A DNA stretch of 64,000 nt, from the NCBI GenBank assembly GCA_963718615.1, contig OY970368.1, positions 1,280,001 to 1,344,000 on the forward strand, read 5' to 3'. The stretch is from an uncultured cyanobacterium (lineage in GTDB: Bacteria; Cyanobacteriota; Cyanobacteriia; PCC-9006; JAAUQQ01). A program made the translations under genes and the position numbers. Below are positions 50,243 through 59,655 of this stretch, piece after piece (position 1 is the first letter of the stretch; each line of letters starts with the position of its first letter). The notes beneath the pieces were generated by a model. That model made no database searches. It was not told where the DNA came from and saw only the letters and a list, made by a program, of their open reading frames with translations.

Positions 50243-52360
50243 ATGACCACAGCCTTTTCTCGCTTTCATCCTCGCTTGCAAGAGGCGATCGCCAACCGCA
50301 TCGGCTGGACCTCCCTCCGCCCCGTCCAAGAACTGGCTAGCCACGCCATCCTCGACGGCAAAAACGCCGTCATCCTCGCCCCCACTGCCGGAGGCAAAAC
50401 CGAAGCCTCGATGTTTCCGCTGCTTTCCAGCGTCATGGCCAATGAGCCCGAGGGACTTGGACTGATTTACATCGCCCCGATCAAAGCCCTGCTCAACAAC
50501 CAAGCCGAACGCCTGGGCACTTATACCGAAATGGTCGGTCTGCGCCGCTTCCTCTGGCATGGTGATGTCACCGCAACTGAAAAGAAGACGTTTATTCAAG
50601 ACCCCGCCACGTTACTGATGACCACCCCGGAATCCTTAGAGGTGATGTTGCTATCGCCCAAGGTGCCGGATACCAAGATTTTTAAGGATCTGCGGGCGAT
50701 CGTCATTGATGAGGTTCATGCCCTGGCTGGGAGCGATCGCGGCACCCACCTCCTCTCCGTCCTAGAACGCCTCGCCCGCCACACCGAGAACGACATCCAG
50801 CGCATCGGCCTCAGCGCCACCGTCGGCAATCCTGAAGCCATCCTCACCTGGCTCCAGGGCACTTCCCAACGCCAGGGCGAAGTCATCGACCCCCCCAAGC
50901 AACCCTCTCCCAAAGCGCTGCGCATTTACCTGCGCGATACCCTCGGCGGCATCGCCACCGAAGCCAGCGCCCAGGCTTACCAAAACAAAAGCCTCTTCTT
51001 TTGCCAGAGCCGCGCCCTCTCCGAAGACATTGCCGAGCGCATGCGCCATCGCGGCACCGATGTCTTTGTCCACCACAGCTCCGTCTCCCTCGAAGAACGA
51101 GCTGCTGCGGAAGAACGCTTTAGTCGTGGCAGCAACACCTGCATCGTCTGCACCTCCACCCTAGAACTGGGCATCGACGTCGGCGACCTCGACCTCGTCC
51201 TCCAAGCCAACGCTGCTTCTACTGTCGCATCCTTCCTCCAGCGCCTGGGCCGCACCGGACGACGCCAGGGGCAGCGGGCCAACACCACGTTCTACTGCGA
51301 GGATGTGGAGACGGTCTTGCAAGCCGTGGCGATCGTCGAGCTGACCCGCAAAGGCTGGGTCGAATCCGTCCCCGTCCAAACCCGCTGCTGGCCCGTCCTC
51401 GTCCACCAACTCCTCGCCCTCACCCTCCAATTCGGAGCCATCAGCCCGGAGCGCTGCTGGGAACAGCTCTCCACCGTCTCGGATTTCTCCGGCATCAGCC
51501 GCGAAGAATTTGATGACCTGCTTCAGTTCATGGAGCGAGAAACCTTTCTTTTCAGCTCTGGCGGCCTGCTCTCCATGGGCGACAAGGCCGAGAAAGTCTT
51601 TGGTCGAAAGAACTTCATGGAACTCTACGCGGTCTTCAGCAGCCCCCAGCTCTACAAAGTTCAAACCAAGGCCAACTACACCGTCGGCACATTAGAACAA
51701 TCTTTCGTCGATAAGCTCGTCCCCGACATGAGCTCCTTCCTCCTCGGCGGGCGCGGTTGGACCGTCATCAACGTCAACCATGACGACCGCACCGTCCAGG
51801 TCATGGCCGCTCCCCGAGGCAAAAAGCCGAGCTGGAGCGGTTTTGCTCCCCAGCTCCTCAGCTTCGAACTCTGCCAGCAAATCGCCGAGCTGATTCGTAG
51901 CGACCAGCCCATTCCCCTCCTCGACCCCATCGCCCAGGATGCCCTCACCTCCTACCGCGAAGAAGTCGCCCCCCTAATCAAGCCCAACCAGCTCAATCTC
52001 ATTGTCGAAGAGAAGCGATCGCTCATCTGGACCTTTGCTGGAGGTCAAATCAATCACACGCTCAAATATGGCTTTCAGTTCCACCACGACTGGAAAGTGG
52101 TCGTCGATAACTTCCGCATTCGCATTGAAGGAGAGGAAGTGGGGACAACCTCGATCTTGCTGGCGATCGAGCAAATGCAAAAACCCGGCTTCTGGGAAGC
52201 AGCAGCCACCCGCGACTTCATCCTGGAGCAGCTCCCCAACTATCGGCTGAGCAAGTTTCAACCCGCGCTGCCGGATGAGTATTCGCTAGAGTTGGTTTGG
52301 GATTATTTACTGGATGTGAGGGGGGCGATCGCATACCTACGCAAAACACTAGATCAATAG
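50243..52360 (+). CDS. brxHI: BREX Lhr-like DEAD/DEAH helicase BrxHI
   Basis: APTAGGKTEA, PIKAL, TTPESLE, IDEVH, SAT, TSTLELGIDVG, QRLGRTGR. Confidence 0.92.
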   Translation: MTTAFSRFHPRLQEAIANRIGWTSLRPVQELASHAILDGKNAVILAPTAGGKTEASMFPLLSSVMANEPEGLGLIYIAPIKALLNNQAERLGTYTEMVGLRRFLWHGDVTATEKKTFIQDPATLLMTTPESLEVMLLSPKVPDTKIFKDLRAIVIDEVHALAGSDRGTHLLSVLERLARHTENDIQRIGLSATVGNPEAILTWLQGTSQRQGEVIDPPKQPSPKALRIYLRDTLGGIATEASAQAYQNKSLFFCQSRALSEDIAERMRHRGTDVFVHHSSVSLEERAAAEERFSRGSNTCIVCTSTLELGIDVGDLDLVLQANAASTVASFLQRLGRTGRRQGQRANTTFYCEDVETVLQAVAIVELTRKGWVESVPVQTRCWPVLVHQLLALTLQFGAISPERCWEQLSTVSDFSGISREEFDDLLQFMERETFLFSSGGLLSMGDKAEKVFGRKNFMELYAVFSSPQLYKVQTKANYTVGTLEQSFVDKLVPDMSSFLLGGRGWTVINVNHDDRTVQVMAAPRGKKPSWSGFAPQLLSFELCQQIAELIRSDQPIPLLDPIAQDALTSYREEVAPLIKPNQLNLIVEEKRSLIWTFAGGQINHTLKYGFQFHHDWKVVVDNFRIRIEGEEVGTTSILLAIEQMQKPGFWEAAATRDFILEQLPNYRLSKFQPALPDEYSLELVWDYLLDVRGAIAYLRKTLDQ

Positions 52361-52399
52361 CAGTTTGCGAGGGAACACCATCACAAGAGGCCTAGAAAA

Positions 52400-52471
52400 A
52401 GCGGATGATGGGACTCGAACCCACGACATTCAGCTTGGGAAGCTGACGTTCTACCACTGAACTACATCCGC
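52400..52471 (-). tRNA. tRNA-Gly(CCC)
   Basis: GCGGATGTAGTTCAGTGGTAGAACGTCAGCTTCCCAAGCTGAATGTCGTGGGTTCGAGTCCCATCATCCGC; cloverleaf, anticodon CCC. Confidence 0.96.
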
Positions 52472-52535
52472 ATCGTCAGGAACAATTATACTGCAAACTT
52501 TCTCTTGAATCCATCTACCCCTCCAGACTTAACCC

Positions 52536-53411
52536 GTGATGACTCCGACCCTGTCAGGCTCCCCCCATCCCCAAACCACGATCGCCCATCCCTTCTCCCA
52601 AACCGGCATTGGTCTCCACAGTGGCCTTACCACCACTGTTTCCGTTAAACCAGCTCCCCTCGGCAGTGGACGAATCTTTCAGCGCATCGACCTGCCGGGA
52701 CAGCCCCTCATTCCTGCAACGCTCGCCGCCGTCAACCCCACTCAACTCTCTACGGAGCTCGTGGTCGAAGGAGCCAGTGTTCGCACCGTCGAGCATTTGC
52801 TGGCCGCGTTGGCTGGCATGGGAGTAGTGAATGTGCTGATGGAAGTGGATGGACCGGAGGTGCCGTTGCTGGATGGCTCCGCCCAGCTTTGGGTAGAGGC
52901 GATCGCCCAAGCCGGTCTCCAATTCCACCCCCCCTACCCCCCCTTCCAAACGCCGCCCCCGACCCTCCAAGCCCCCCTCACCCTCCACGCAGGCGACGCC
53001 TTCATCACCGCCATCCCCGCCGACCACACCCGCCTCACCTATGGCATTGACTTTCCCCACCCTGCCATTGGCAACCAGTGGTTTAGCCTTGACTGGACCC
53101 CCGAAGGCTTTGCCCAGGAGATTGCACCTGCTCGAACCTTTGGCTTTGCAGAACAGGTCGAGCAATTGCGTAACCTGGGCCTCATCAAAGGCGGAAGCCT
53201 GGAGAATGCACTCGTTTGTGGTCCCGAGGGCTGGATCAATCCTCCTTTAAGATTTGCAAATGAACCTGCCCGTCATAAACTTTTAGATCTAGTGGGGGAT
53301 TTGAGCCTGCTGGGGGTTTTGCCCCAGGCCCACATCCTGGCCTATAAAGCGAGCCACACCCTGCATACGCGGTTTGCTCAACTGCTTCAGGCGCGGCTGA
53401 CCGTGAGCTGA
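52536..53411 (+). CDS. lpxC: UDP-3-O-acyl-GlcNAc deacetylase
   Basis: [49 protein letters not shown]. Confidence 0.97.
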   Translation: MMTPTLSGSPHPQTTIAHPFSQTGIGLHSGLTTTVSVKPAPLGSGRIFQRIDLPGQPLIPATLAAVNPTQLSTELVVEGASVRTVEHLLAALAGMGVVNVLMEVDGPEVPLLDGSAQLWVEAIAQAGLQFHPPYPPFQTPPPTLQAPLTLHAGDAFITAIPADHTRLTYGIDFPHPAIGNQWFSLDWTPEGFAQEIAPARTFGFAEQVEQLRNLGLIKGGSLENALVCGPEGWINPPLRFANEPARHKLLDLVGDLSLLGVLPQAHILAYKASHTLHTRFAQLLQARLTVS

Positions 53412-53445
53412 CCGTGAGCTGACCAGATTGAAACTCCATATACCT

Positions 53446-54012
53446 ATGACCATCACCAGCGATACGCCGACCGTCACCGCCCCTAAACCTGAACCGACAG
53501 CCGACGATCCCCTAACCTCAATTCCGAGCTCGATGGACCCGTCCGATGCCACGGTTGCTGCGCCCGTTGCTGCTCAGGTTTTAATTCCGGTCGAAACCAT
53601 TCAGGGGCTGTTGCCGCACCGTTATCCGTTCGCGCTGGTCGATCGCATCATTGAGTATGTGCCGGGAAAAATGGCCGTAGGGATCAAAAATGTCACGGTG
53701 AACGAGCCTCACTTTCAAGGACACTTTCCCGACCGTCCGATTATGCCGGGGGTGTTGATCATCGAAGCGCTGGCCCAGGTGGGGGGCGTGATTGTCACCC
53801 AGATTCCTGATGTGCCCGCAGGTCTGTTTGTCTTTGCTGGCATTGACAAGGTTCGATTCCGCCGCCCCGTTGTTCCTGGGGACCAGCTCATCCTCAAGGC
53901 CGAGCTCCTCAGCATCAAACGCAAACGCTTTGGCAAGGTTAACGCAGAAGCCTTTGTGGATGGACAACTGGCCGCCAGCGGTGAACTGATGTTTTCGCTG
54001 ATGGATGCCTAG
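53446..54012 (+). CDS. fabZ: 3-hydroxyacyl-ACP dehydratase
   Basis: [40 protein letters not shown]. Confidence 0.97.
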   Translation: MTITSDTPTVTAPKPEPTADDPLTSIPSSMDPSDATVAAPVAAQVLIPVETIQGLLPHRYPFALVDRIIEYVPGKMAVGIKNVTVNEPHFQGHFPDRPIMPGVLIIEALAQVGGVIVTQIPDVPAGLFVFAGIDKVRFRRPVVPGDQLILKAELLSIKRKRFGKVNAEAFVDGQLAASGELMFSLMDA

Positions 54013-54071
54013 GGTGGACAGCTTAGAGAGAGGTCTTCGAGAGACCTCTAGAATGTCAACGGTGTTATAGG

Positions 54072-54926
54072 GTGGGAAGCGTGCTGCAAAGCGATTTGAT
54101 TGAGCGGAGTGTCAGTGCATTGGTGCCACAAATTCACCCCACAGCCGTTGTCCATCCGGGGGCTGAGGTTCATCCAACGGTCAAGATTGGTCCCTACGTT
54201 GTGGTTGGGGAGCATGTCAAAATCGGCGCGGATACGGTTATCGATGCCCATGTAGTGATTGACGGTTGGGTTGAAATTGGTGCTCGTAATCGCATTTTTC
54301 CCGGTGCGGCCATTGGTTTGGATCCCCAGGATTTGAAGTATGACGGAGACTTGACGCTGGTCAAGATTGGTGATGACAACCGCATCCGGGAGTTTGTCAC
54401 AATCAACCGCGCTACGAAAGCAGGAGAAGTCACTCAGCTCGGCAATGGCAATTTGCTCATGGCCTATGTCCATGTGGCCCACAATTGTGTGTTGCACGAT
54501 GGCATTGTGATTGCCAATGCCGTTTCCCTGGCGGGGCATGTGGAAATTGAATCGCGGGCGGTGATTGGGGGGATGGCTGGGTTCCATCAGTTTGTCCATG
54601 TGGGAGAACTGGCGATGGTGGGAGCCATGAGTCGCATTGACCGAGATGTGCCGCCGTTTATGTTGGTGGAGGGGAGTCCGCCTCGGGTGCGATCGCTCAA
54701 TCTCGTGGGCCTGCGTCGCTCAGGGCTCACCACCCAAGAAGAGGGCCAGGTCTATAAAGCCATCAAACAGGCTTACCGCATTCTCTTCCGCTCGGGTCAT
54801 CATTTGGATGACAATCTGCGGGAGCTGGAGCCGCTGCTGGCCTATGAATCGGTTCGGCATCTCTATCGCTTTGTCAAGGATTCAACCCAGGGGGAAAAGC
54901 GGCGCGGATTGGTGCCTGGAAAGTGA
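54072..54926 (+). CDS. lpxA: UDP-GlcNAc O-acyltransferase (true start probably ~54109-54124)
   Basis: IHPTAVVHP hexapeptide repeats, PQDLKY, IREFVTINRAT, HVAHNC, HQF. Confidence 0.96.
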   Translation: MGSVLQSDLIERSVSALVPQIHPTAVVHPGAEVHPTVKIGPYVVVGEHVKIGADTVIDAHVVIDGWVEIGARNRIFPGAAIGLDPQDLKYDGDLTLVKIGDDNRIREFVTINRATKAGEVTQLGNGNLLMAYVHVAHNCVLHDGIVIANAVSLAGHVEIESRAVIGGMAGFHQFVHVGELAMVGAMSRIDRDVPPFMLVEGSPPRVRSLNLVGLRRSGLTTQEEGQVYKAIKQAYRILFRSGHHLDDNLRELEPLLAYESVRHLYRFVKDSTQGEKRRGLVPGK

Positions 54927-56158
54927 TGCAGCGAATGGTTAAACGAATTTTTATCAGTACTGGTGAAGTGTCCGGAGATTTGCAGGGCAGCTTACTGGTG
55001 GCGGCGCTGCGGCGGCAGGCAAATCTGCGGGGGCTGGATCTAGAGATTCTGGCCTTGGGGGGCGATCGCATGGCTGCCGAAGGGGCAAAACTCCTGGGGC
55101 ATACAAGTGCGATTGGTTCCATCGGTGTCGTTGAGTCGATTGGCTACGCTTGGCCCACTTGGCAAATACAGCAACGGGCGAAGCAATTTCTGCGGCAGAA
55201 TCCACCGGACCTAGCCGTATTAATTGATTACATGGGGCCGAATATTGCCCTGGGTAATTATCTGCACCAAACCTATCCTGACTTGCCGATCTTCTACTAT
55301 ATTGCCCCTCAGGAATGGGTATGGTCGGCCAATAGCAAAAGCACGCGTCAAATCATTGGGTTTGCTAACGAAATTCTGGCGATTTTTCCCGGTGAGGCCC
55401 GCTATTATCAGGCACAAGGAGCTAATGTCACTTGGGTCGGGCATCCGCTGGTGGATACCTTGACGCAGATTCCCGGTCGGGACGAGGCGCGGGCCAAGCT
55501 GGGGATTGGCCCCGAAGAACTGGCGATCGCCCTCCTCCCCGCCTCCCGTGAGCAAGAGCTTAAATATTTGCTTCCTGTCCTGTTTGAAGCGGCCCAACGG
55601 ATCCAAGCACAGCTTCCCAACGTCCATTACTGGATTCCGGTGGCGCTCGAACAATACCGACTGCGGCTAGAGCAAGCGATTCAAGATTACGGATTACGGG
55701 CAACACTGTTGTCGGAGCAAGAAGGCCAAATCCCTAGTCCGAAGGCCAGTTCAATACCCAGTCCAACTCAATGGGCGATCGCCGCTGCTGACCTCGCCAT
55801 CACCAAATCCGGCACCGCCAATCTCGAAATTGCCTTGCAGAATGTGCCACAAGTGGTGGTCTATCGTTTTAGTGCCGTGACGGCCTGGGTCGCTCGCAAC
55901 ATCCTCAAACTCTCGATTCCGTTTGTCTCCCCGCCCAATCTGGTGGAGATGGAAGCGATCGTTCCGGAGTTGCTCCAGGAGGACATGACCCCAGAGCGCA
56001 TTACTGCTGAGGCGATCGCCCTGCTCCAAACCGATGCGCGTCAGGCAATGCTGGCGGGATATGCCCGCATGCGCGCGGCCTTGGGGGAACCGGGGGTTTG
56101 CGATCGCGCCGCGACGCTCCTATTGGAACGACTGACTGCGGGGAGCGATCGGGACTGA
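54923..56158 (+). CDS. lpxB: Lipid-A-disaccharide synthase
   Basis: IFISTGEVSGDLQG, YYIAPQEWVW, WVGHPL, LLPASR, KSGT.NLE. Confidence 0.96.
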   Translation: MMQRMVKRIFISTGEVSGDLQGSLLVAALRRQANLRGLDLEILALGGDRMAAEGAKLLGHTSAIGSIGVVESIGYAWPTWQIQQRAKQFLRQNPPDLAVLIDYMGPNIALGNYLHQTYPDLPIFYYIAPQEWVWSANSKSTRQIIGFANEILAIFPGEARYYQAQGANVTWVGHPLVDTLTQIPGRDEARAKLGIGPEELAIALLPASREQELKYLLPVLFEAAQRIQAQLPNVHYWIPVALEQYRLRLEQAIQDYGLRATLLSEQEGQIPSPKASSIPSPTQWAIAAADLAITKSGTANLEIALQNVPQVVVYRFSAVTAWVARNILKLSIPFVSPPNLVEMEAIVPELLQEDMTPERITAEAIALLQTDARQAMLAGYARMRAALGEPGVCDRAATLLLERLTAGSDRD

Positions 56159-56439
56159 ACTGCCAGTTGATCAGCCGTTGTGGATTGACTCAAAACGGGC
56201 TTGAGCCCCGACCAGTTATAGATTTCAATTTTGTCGCCGGAGCAACTTTCAAAGACAAATCGTTGCATGGGAAAAAGCACCTGCTCCCGATGCTTTGCAG
56301 TCGCTCTAGTCGCGCCCAAGGGCTTCAAGCAGATGACTTGCAGATTCGTGGTGTTGTTGAAATAACAACATTGAATTTTAGAAACATTAGAAATACTAGA
56401 AACATTGGAGGCATTTGAGATCAAAGGATGGGTTTCCAT
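56041..56439 (-). CDS. DUF1830-like cyanobacterial protein
   Basis: CCYFNNTTNLQV...EQVLFPMQRFVFE....KIEIY pattern; 3' end overlaps lpxB. Confidence 0.65.
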   Translation of the reverse strand: METHPLISNASNVSSISNVSKIQCCYFNNTTNLQVICLKPLGATRATAKHREQVLFPMQRFVFESCSGDKIEIYNWSGLKPVLSQSTTADQLAVQSRSLPAVSRSNRSVAARSQTPGSPKAARMRAYPASIA

Positions 56440-56680
56440 AGCGATCCATGTTGAAGTTGAATGGGCTAGCAATCAATGTGCGGCTTAACTCAACCACTGA
56501 CTTTTCAAATCACAGTTTTTATTATCTCGCAGGATTCACGGATATGCGAGTATCATTGACTACCTTAAGAAAAATAGGCTGGAAACTTCTAGCGTAATTG
56601 TTAGGAATCGCTGGCATAGGAAACTCCCGCCTCCGCCGAAGACAGAGGCGAAAAATCCTGGCCAGATGTTGATGCATCCC

Positions 56681-57949
56681 CTAGGGCGAAACCTGCACCG
56701 AAGAATCCACAGGTGTTTCAGCTTCCTGTTCGGGCTGCGGCTTGATTTGCTTGCAGGCATATTGGACTGCCCTCGCCGTACTCCCGCCAGCGGGAGGCTG
56801 TTCGACGAGCCCCGCAAGACCAAAGTCTTCTTGGTAAATTTCTTTGCGCTCATCGGTGTAGAGCTTCAGCACGCGGGTTTGGGTCGTCTGGGCCGCGCAG
56901 TCGGTCAATCGATACAGCAACGCACTACGCACCGGCTCCTTCAGTGCAACACCCATAAAGGCATTGTTTTGACCTCGAAAGGCCCGGTATTCCCAGTAGG
57001 ATAGGGTGCCATCCTGATGAGCAATGGAAGTCGGCGCGATCAACGTGCGATCGCCCACCCCATTCGCCGCTACCTCAACCCAATACTCACTCTTGAGCTC
57101 CGTCGCCTCCTCATCCTGGGGCGTAATATCTACCGTGGAATTGCCTTGAGCCTGCCGTTCAATGTCCCGCAGCGCATTTTGGGCAAAGGAATCCTCTGGT
57201 CGTTCATCCAGGGCACGCTGAAACTGGACAACGGCTTGCCCCAATTCCCCTGCGCGCAGGGCTTGGTACCCCGCACTCATGTAGCGATCGTAGGCCGTGC
57301 TGCGGGTCGCCACTGAGGCGGGAGCAGTTGACCCCTGGGGCAGGGTTTTGGTTTGGGTTAACTGCTGCTGATAGAGCGTTGCTACCGTTTGACTAAAGGG
57401 TTCTAGGGCGCGATCGCCATCGCGATCCGGATTGTCCGTCTGCCACCAAGCGGCCACTCGCTTTACCGCCATGGCTTCGTTATTGCCGCTGGCAGCATAC
57501 TGCCGTTGAAACTGGTCTTGCACCATACACAGAACAATGGAGCGTGCCGTAACCGGACTCCCGGCAAATTGTAGTGGCGTCAGGCTCCGCCCCAGGCAGG
57601 CTTGGGACCATTGGGGGATGCGCTTGCTATCCAGTTGCCAATCGCCGTAATAGGCGTCTCCCTTAAGCGCTTTTCCTTGCTGCACCGTCAATCGTAGGGC
57701 CTCAGCTAAGGATTGAATCTGTCGCTGCGCCAAGGTCTTTGAGGTATCTTTTGAGGCATCTGAGGAATCAGAAGCGCCAGAGGCTGCTGGCGTAACTTCC
57801 GCTTGGGCCAAACCGCCGCTTAAAAGCATAGCCAGACTGATACCTAGACTCCATTGGAATGGCGATCGCATTGCTGCAACCTTGTGGTGTAAAACGCTCT
57901 GGCGTAAACCCTTATTTTCTAAACCCTTATTTTCTAAACCCATGGTCAA
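56681..57949 (-). CDS. Secreted multidomain protein (lysozyme-like? + TPR + surface-adhesin-E-like)
   Basis: Signal peptide; YDRYMSAGY..L......A...FQRALDERPED.FAQ.A TPR; C-terminal W.Y...DC beta domain. Confidence 0.65.
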   Translation of the reverse strand: MTMGLENKGLENKGLRQSVLHHKVAAMRSPFQWSLGISLAMLLSGGLAQAEVTPAASGASDSSDASKDTSKTLAQRQIQSLAEALRLTVQQGKALKGDAYYGDWQLDSKRIPQWSQACLGRSLTPLQFAGSPVTARSIVLCMVQDQFQRQYAASGNNEAMAVKRVAAWWQTDNPDRDGDRALEPFSQTVATLYQQQLTQTKTLPQGSTAPASVATRSTAYDRYMSAGYQALRAGELGQAVVQFQRALDERPEDSFAQNALRDIERQAQGNSTVDITPQDEEATELKSEYWVEVAANGVGDRTLIAPTSIAHQDGTLSYWEYRAFRGQNNAFMGVALKEPVRSALLYRLTDCAAQTTQTRVLKLYTDERKEIYQEDFGLAGLVEQPPAGGSTARAVQYACKQIKPQPEQEAETPVDSSVQVSP

Positions 57950-58246
57950 CCTGACCCTACAACTTGACTAAGCTTTCCGTAAAGCAATTCTGAAGACCCG
58001 GAAAATTTGCTGACTTCCCGTGGAATCTTTACCTATTGTTTCACACAAGTGTAAAATCCCAAGCTTGCTTCTCCCTGGATGCCCATTAACGCCCTTGAAT
58101 ACCGCTGAATACTCCTAAAGGGGTTGAATACATGAAAAGCAGCAGTGACTGTATCTTTATCTATCTGGTTTTTGATTGAATTTAGCTCTGTTGAATTTGG
58201 TCTTGTTTGTTGGCTCTGTTTGTTAGCTCAGTTTGTCGGTTGAATG

Positions 58247-58984
58247 TCAGGCCAACACCGTTTCGATTAATTGACCTTCCTGCACCCGAAAGATGCGATC
58301 GGCCTGTTTTGCAATGGCTGGATTATGGGTTGCCATAATCAAGGTTTTATGGGAATCTCGGCTGAGCTGAAGGAGCAATGCTAAGACGCGATCGCCAGTT
58401 TCCTCATCCAAATTGCCCGTGGGTTCGTCGGCGAGAATGAGGCGAGGGTTGTGGGCAAGGGCACGGGCGATGGCTACCCGCTGTTGCTGTCCCCCGGAGA
58501 GCTTATCGGGATAGCTGCTGGCGCGATCGCCCAGTCCCACCCGCTCCAGAAGAGACAGGGCGGATTCACGGGCCAGATTCAGCGATCGCCCCGCGAGTTC
58601 TTGGGGAAGGGTAATATTTTCCAGCACCGTCAGGGTCGGGATGAGATTAAAGAATTGAAAAATAAAACCCAGGCGATCGCGACGAAACAGAGTGCGATCG
58701 CGCTCACTCAAGGCTGTGAGGATAACCTCTCCAATTTGGATAGCGCCGTCATTGGGCTGATCTATGCCACTGATTAAATTTAACAATGTACTTTTGCCGC
58801 TGCCGCTCTGCCCGAGTAACACCGCAAATTCACCGGGGGCCAAGCGTAGATTGACCGCATTCAACACCGTGCGCTCATTATCCCCCTCCCAAAAGCGTTT
58901 GGTTAACTGGCAGAGTTCAACGGCATCCCCACCCAGGGCTGCATCAAAGCTGGCTGGGGAACTTGAGGCGGACGAAGCAGTCAT
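58247..58984 (-). CDS. LolD/MacB-type ABC transporter ATP-binding protein
   Basis: [47 protein letters not shown]. Confidence 0.92.
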   Translation of the reverse strand: MTASSASSSPASFDAALGGDAVELCQLTKRFWEGDNERTVLNAVNLRLAPGEFAVLLGQSGSGKSTLLNLISGIDQPNDGAIQIGEVILTALSERDRTLFRRDRLGFIFQFFNLIPTLTVLENITLPQELAGRSLNLARESALSLLERVGLGDRASSYPDKLSGGQQQRVAIARALAHNPRLILADEPTGNLDEETGDRVLALLLQLSRDSHKTLIMATHNPAIAKQADRIFRVQEGQLIETVLA

Positions 58985-59655
58985 ATAGAACTAACAATCA
59001 AAAGGATGGCTTAACTTTGTCAGGATACTTCAATAACGCAGGCAGTAATACAGGCAAGCGTGGAGGCAAGCCTTTAGAACCAGGGCAGTCTGTGGCTCCG
59101 GTAAGCCCATAAAAAGCACTTCTTCTGGCGAAGGTGAGTACGGAGTTGTACTGATGTATTAAGCCGATTCTCCTAAATCACTATCTATTACTGTCTATAC
59201 TCATTCCCATTTGCGGAATTTAACTCTATGATTCAAACTAGTCAGTGCGATCTATCACTAAGGATTTGGGCAACCTGCTGATGAGGTTCAGAAAATTTCT
59301 TTAGGCGATTTTTCCAAAATCTCTTGAAAATTCAGAAATCGCCAGAATAAATGTGGTTGACCTTTATGTCGGATATGCTCTCTGCCTTAGGGCAGTCTGC
59401 GTTGACTGTTGTCGAGTGATACCTTATTCACCGTCGTGATCCCGGTAGGTAATAAATTGACTCCCCCTTAAATCTTGATTAGCTCGTTTGATTACCCAAT
59501 GCCTTGTCCTGTAAGGCATTGGAAGCTTTGGGTATTCAAACTCGCTAGCGTTTTCCTCCCGCGCAATCCTCCGGCACGAGTTTAATCAAGTGCGATTGCA
59601 GCGGAAATCCTAAAGCACCTAAGGCATTCGTTCAGCTATATTTCCCGAGAATTCT

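Larger units (their letters stand above)
31914..52360. mobile_element. Defence island (type 6 BREX + TA cassettes) adjoining the tRNA-Gly 3' end; no integrase seen
   Basis: Cluster of defence genes between the DUF4127 gene and tRNA-Gly. Confidence 0.7.

Noticed and set aside
36000-52300. Skew inversion as a chromosomal replication terminus or origin
   Set aside because: The same polarity flip recurs at many HIP1 sites across the window; no dif site or DnaA-box cluster recognised
56500-59650. Possible ncRNA or riboswitch in the long intergenic regions (hairpins at ~56628-56650 and ~59496-59522)
   Set aside because: Isolated hairpins only; no riboswitch or sRNA consensus I can recognise, so an Rfam search is needed
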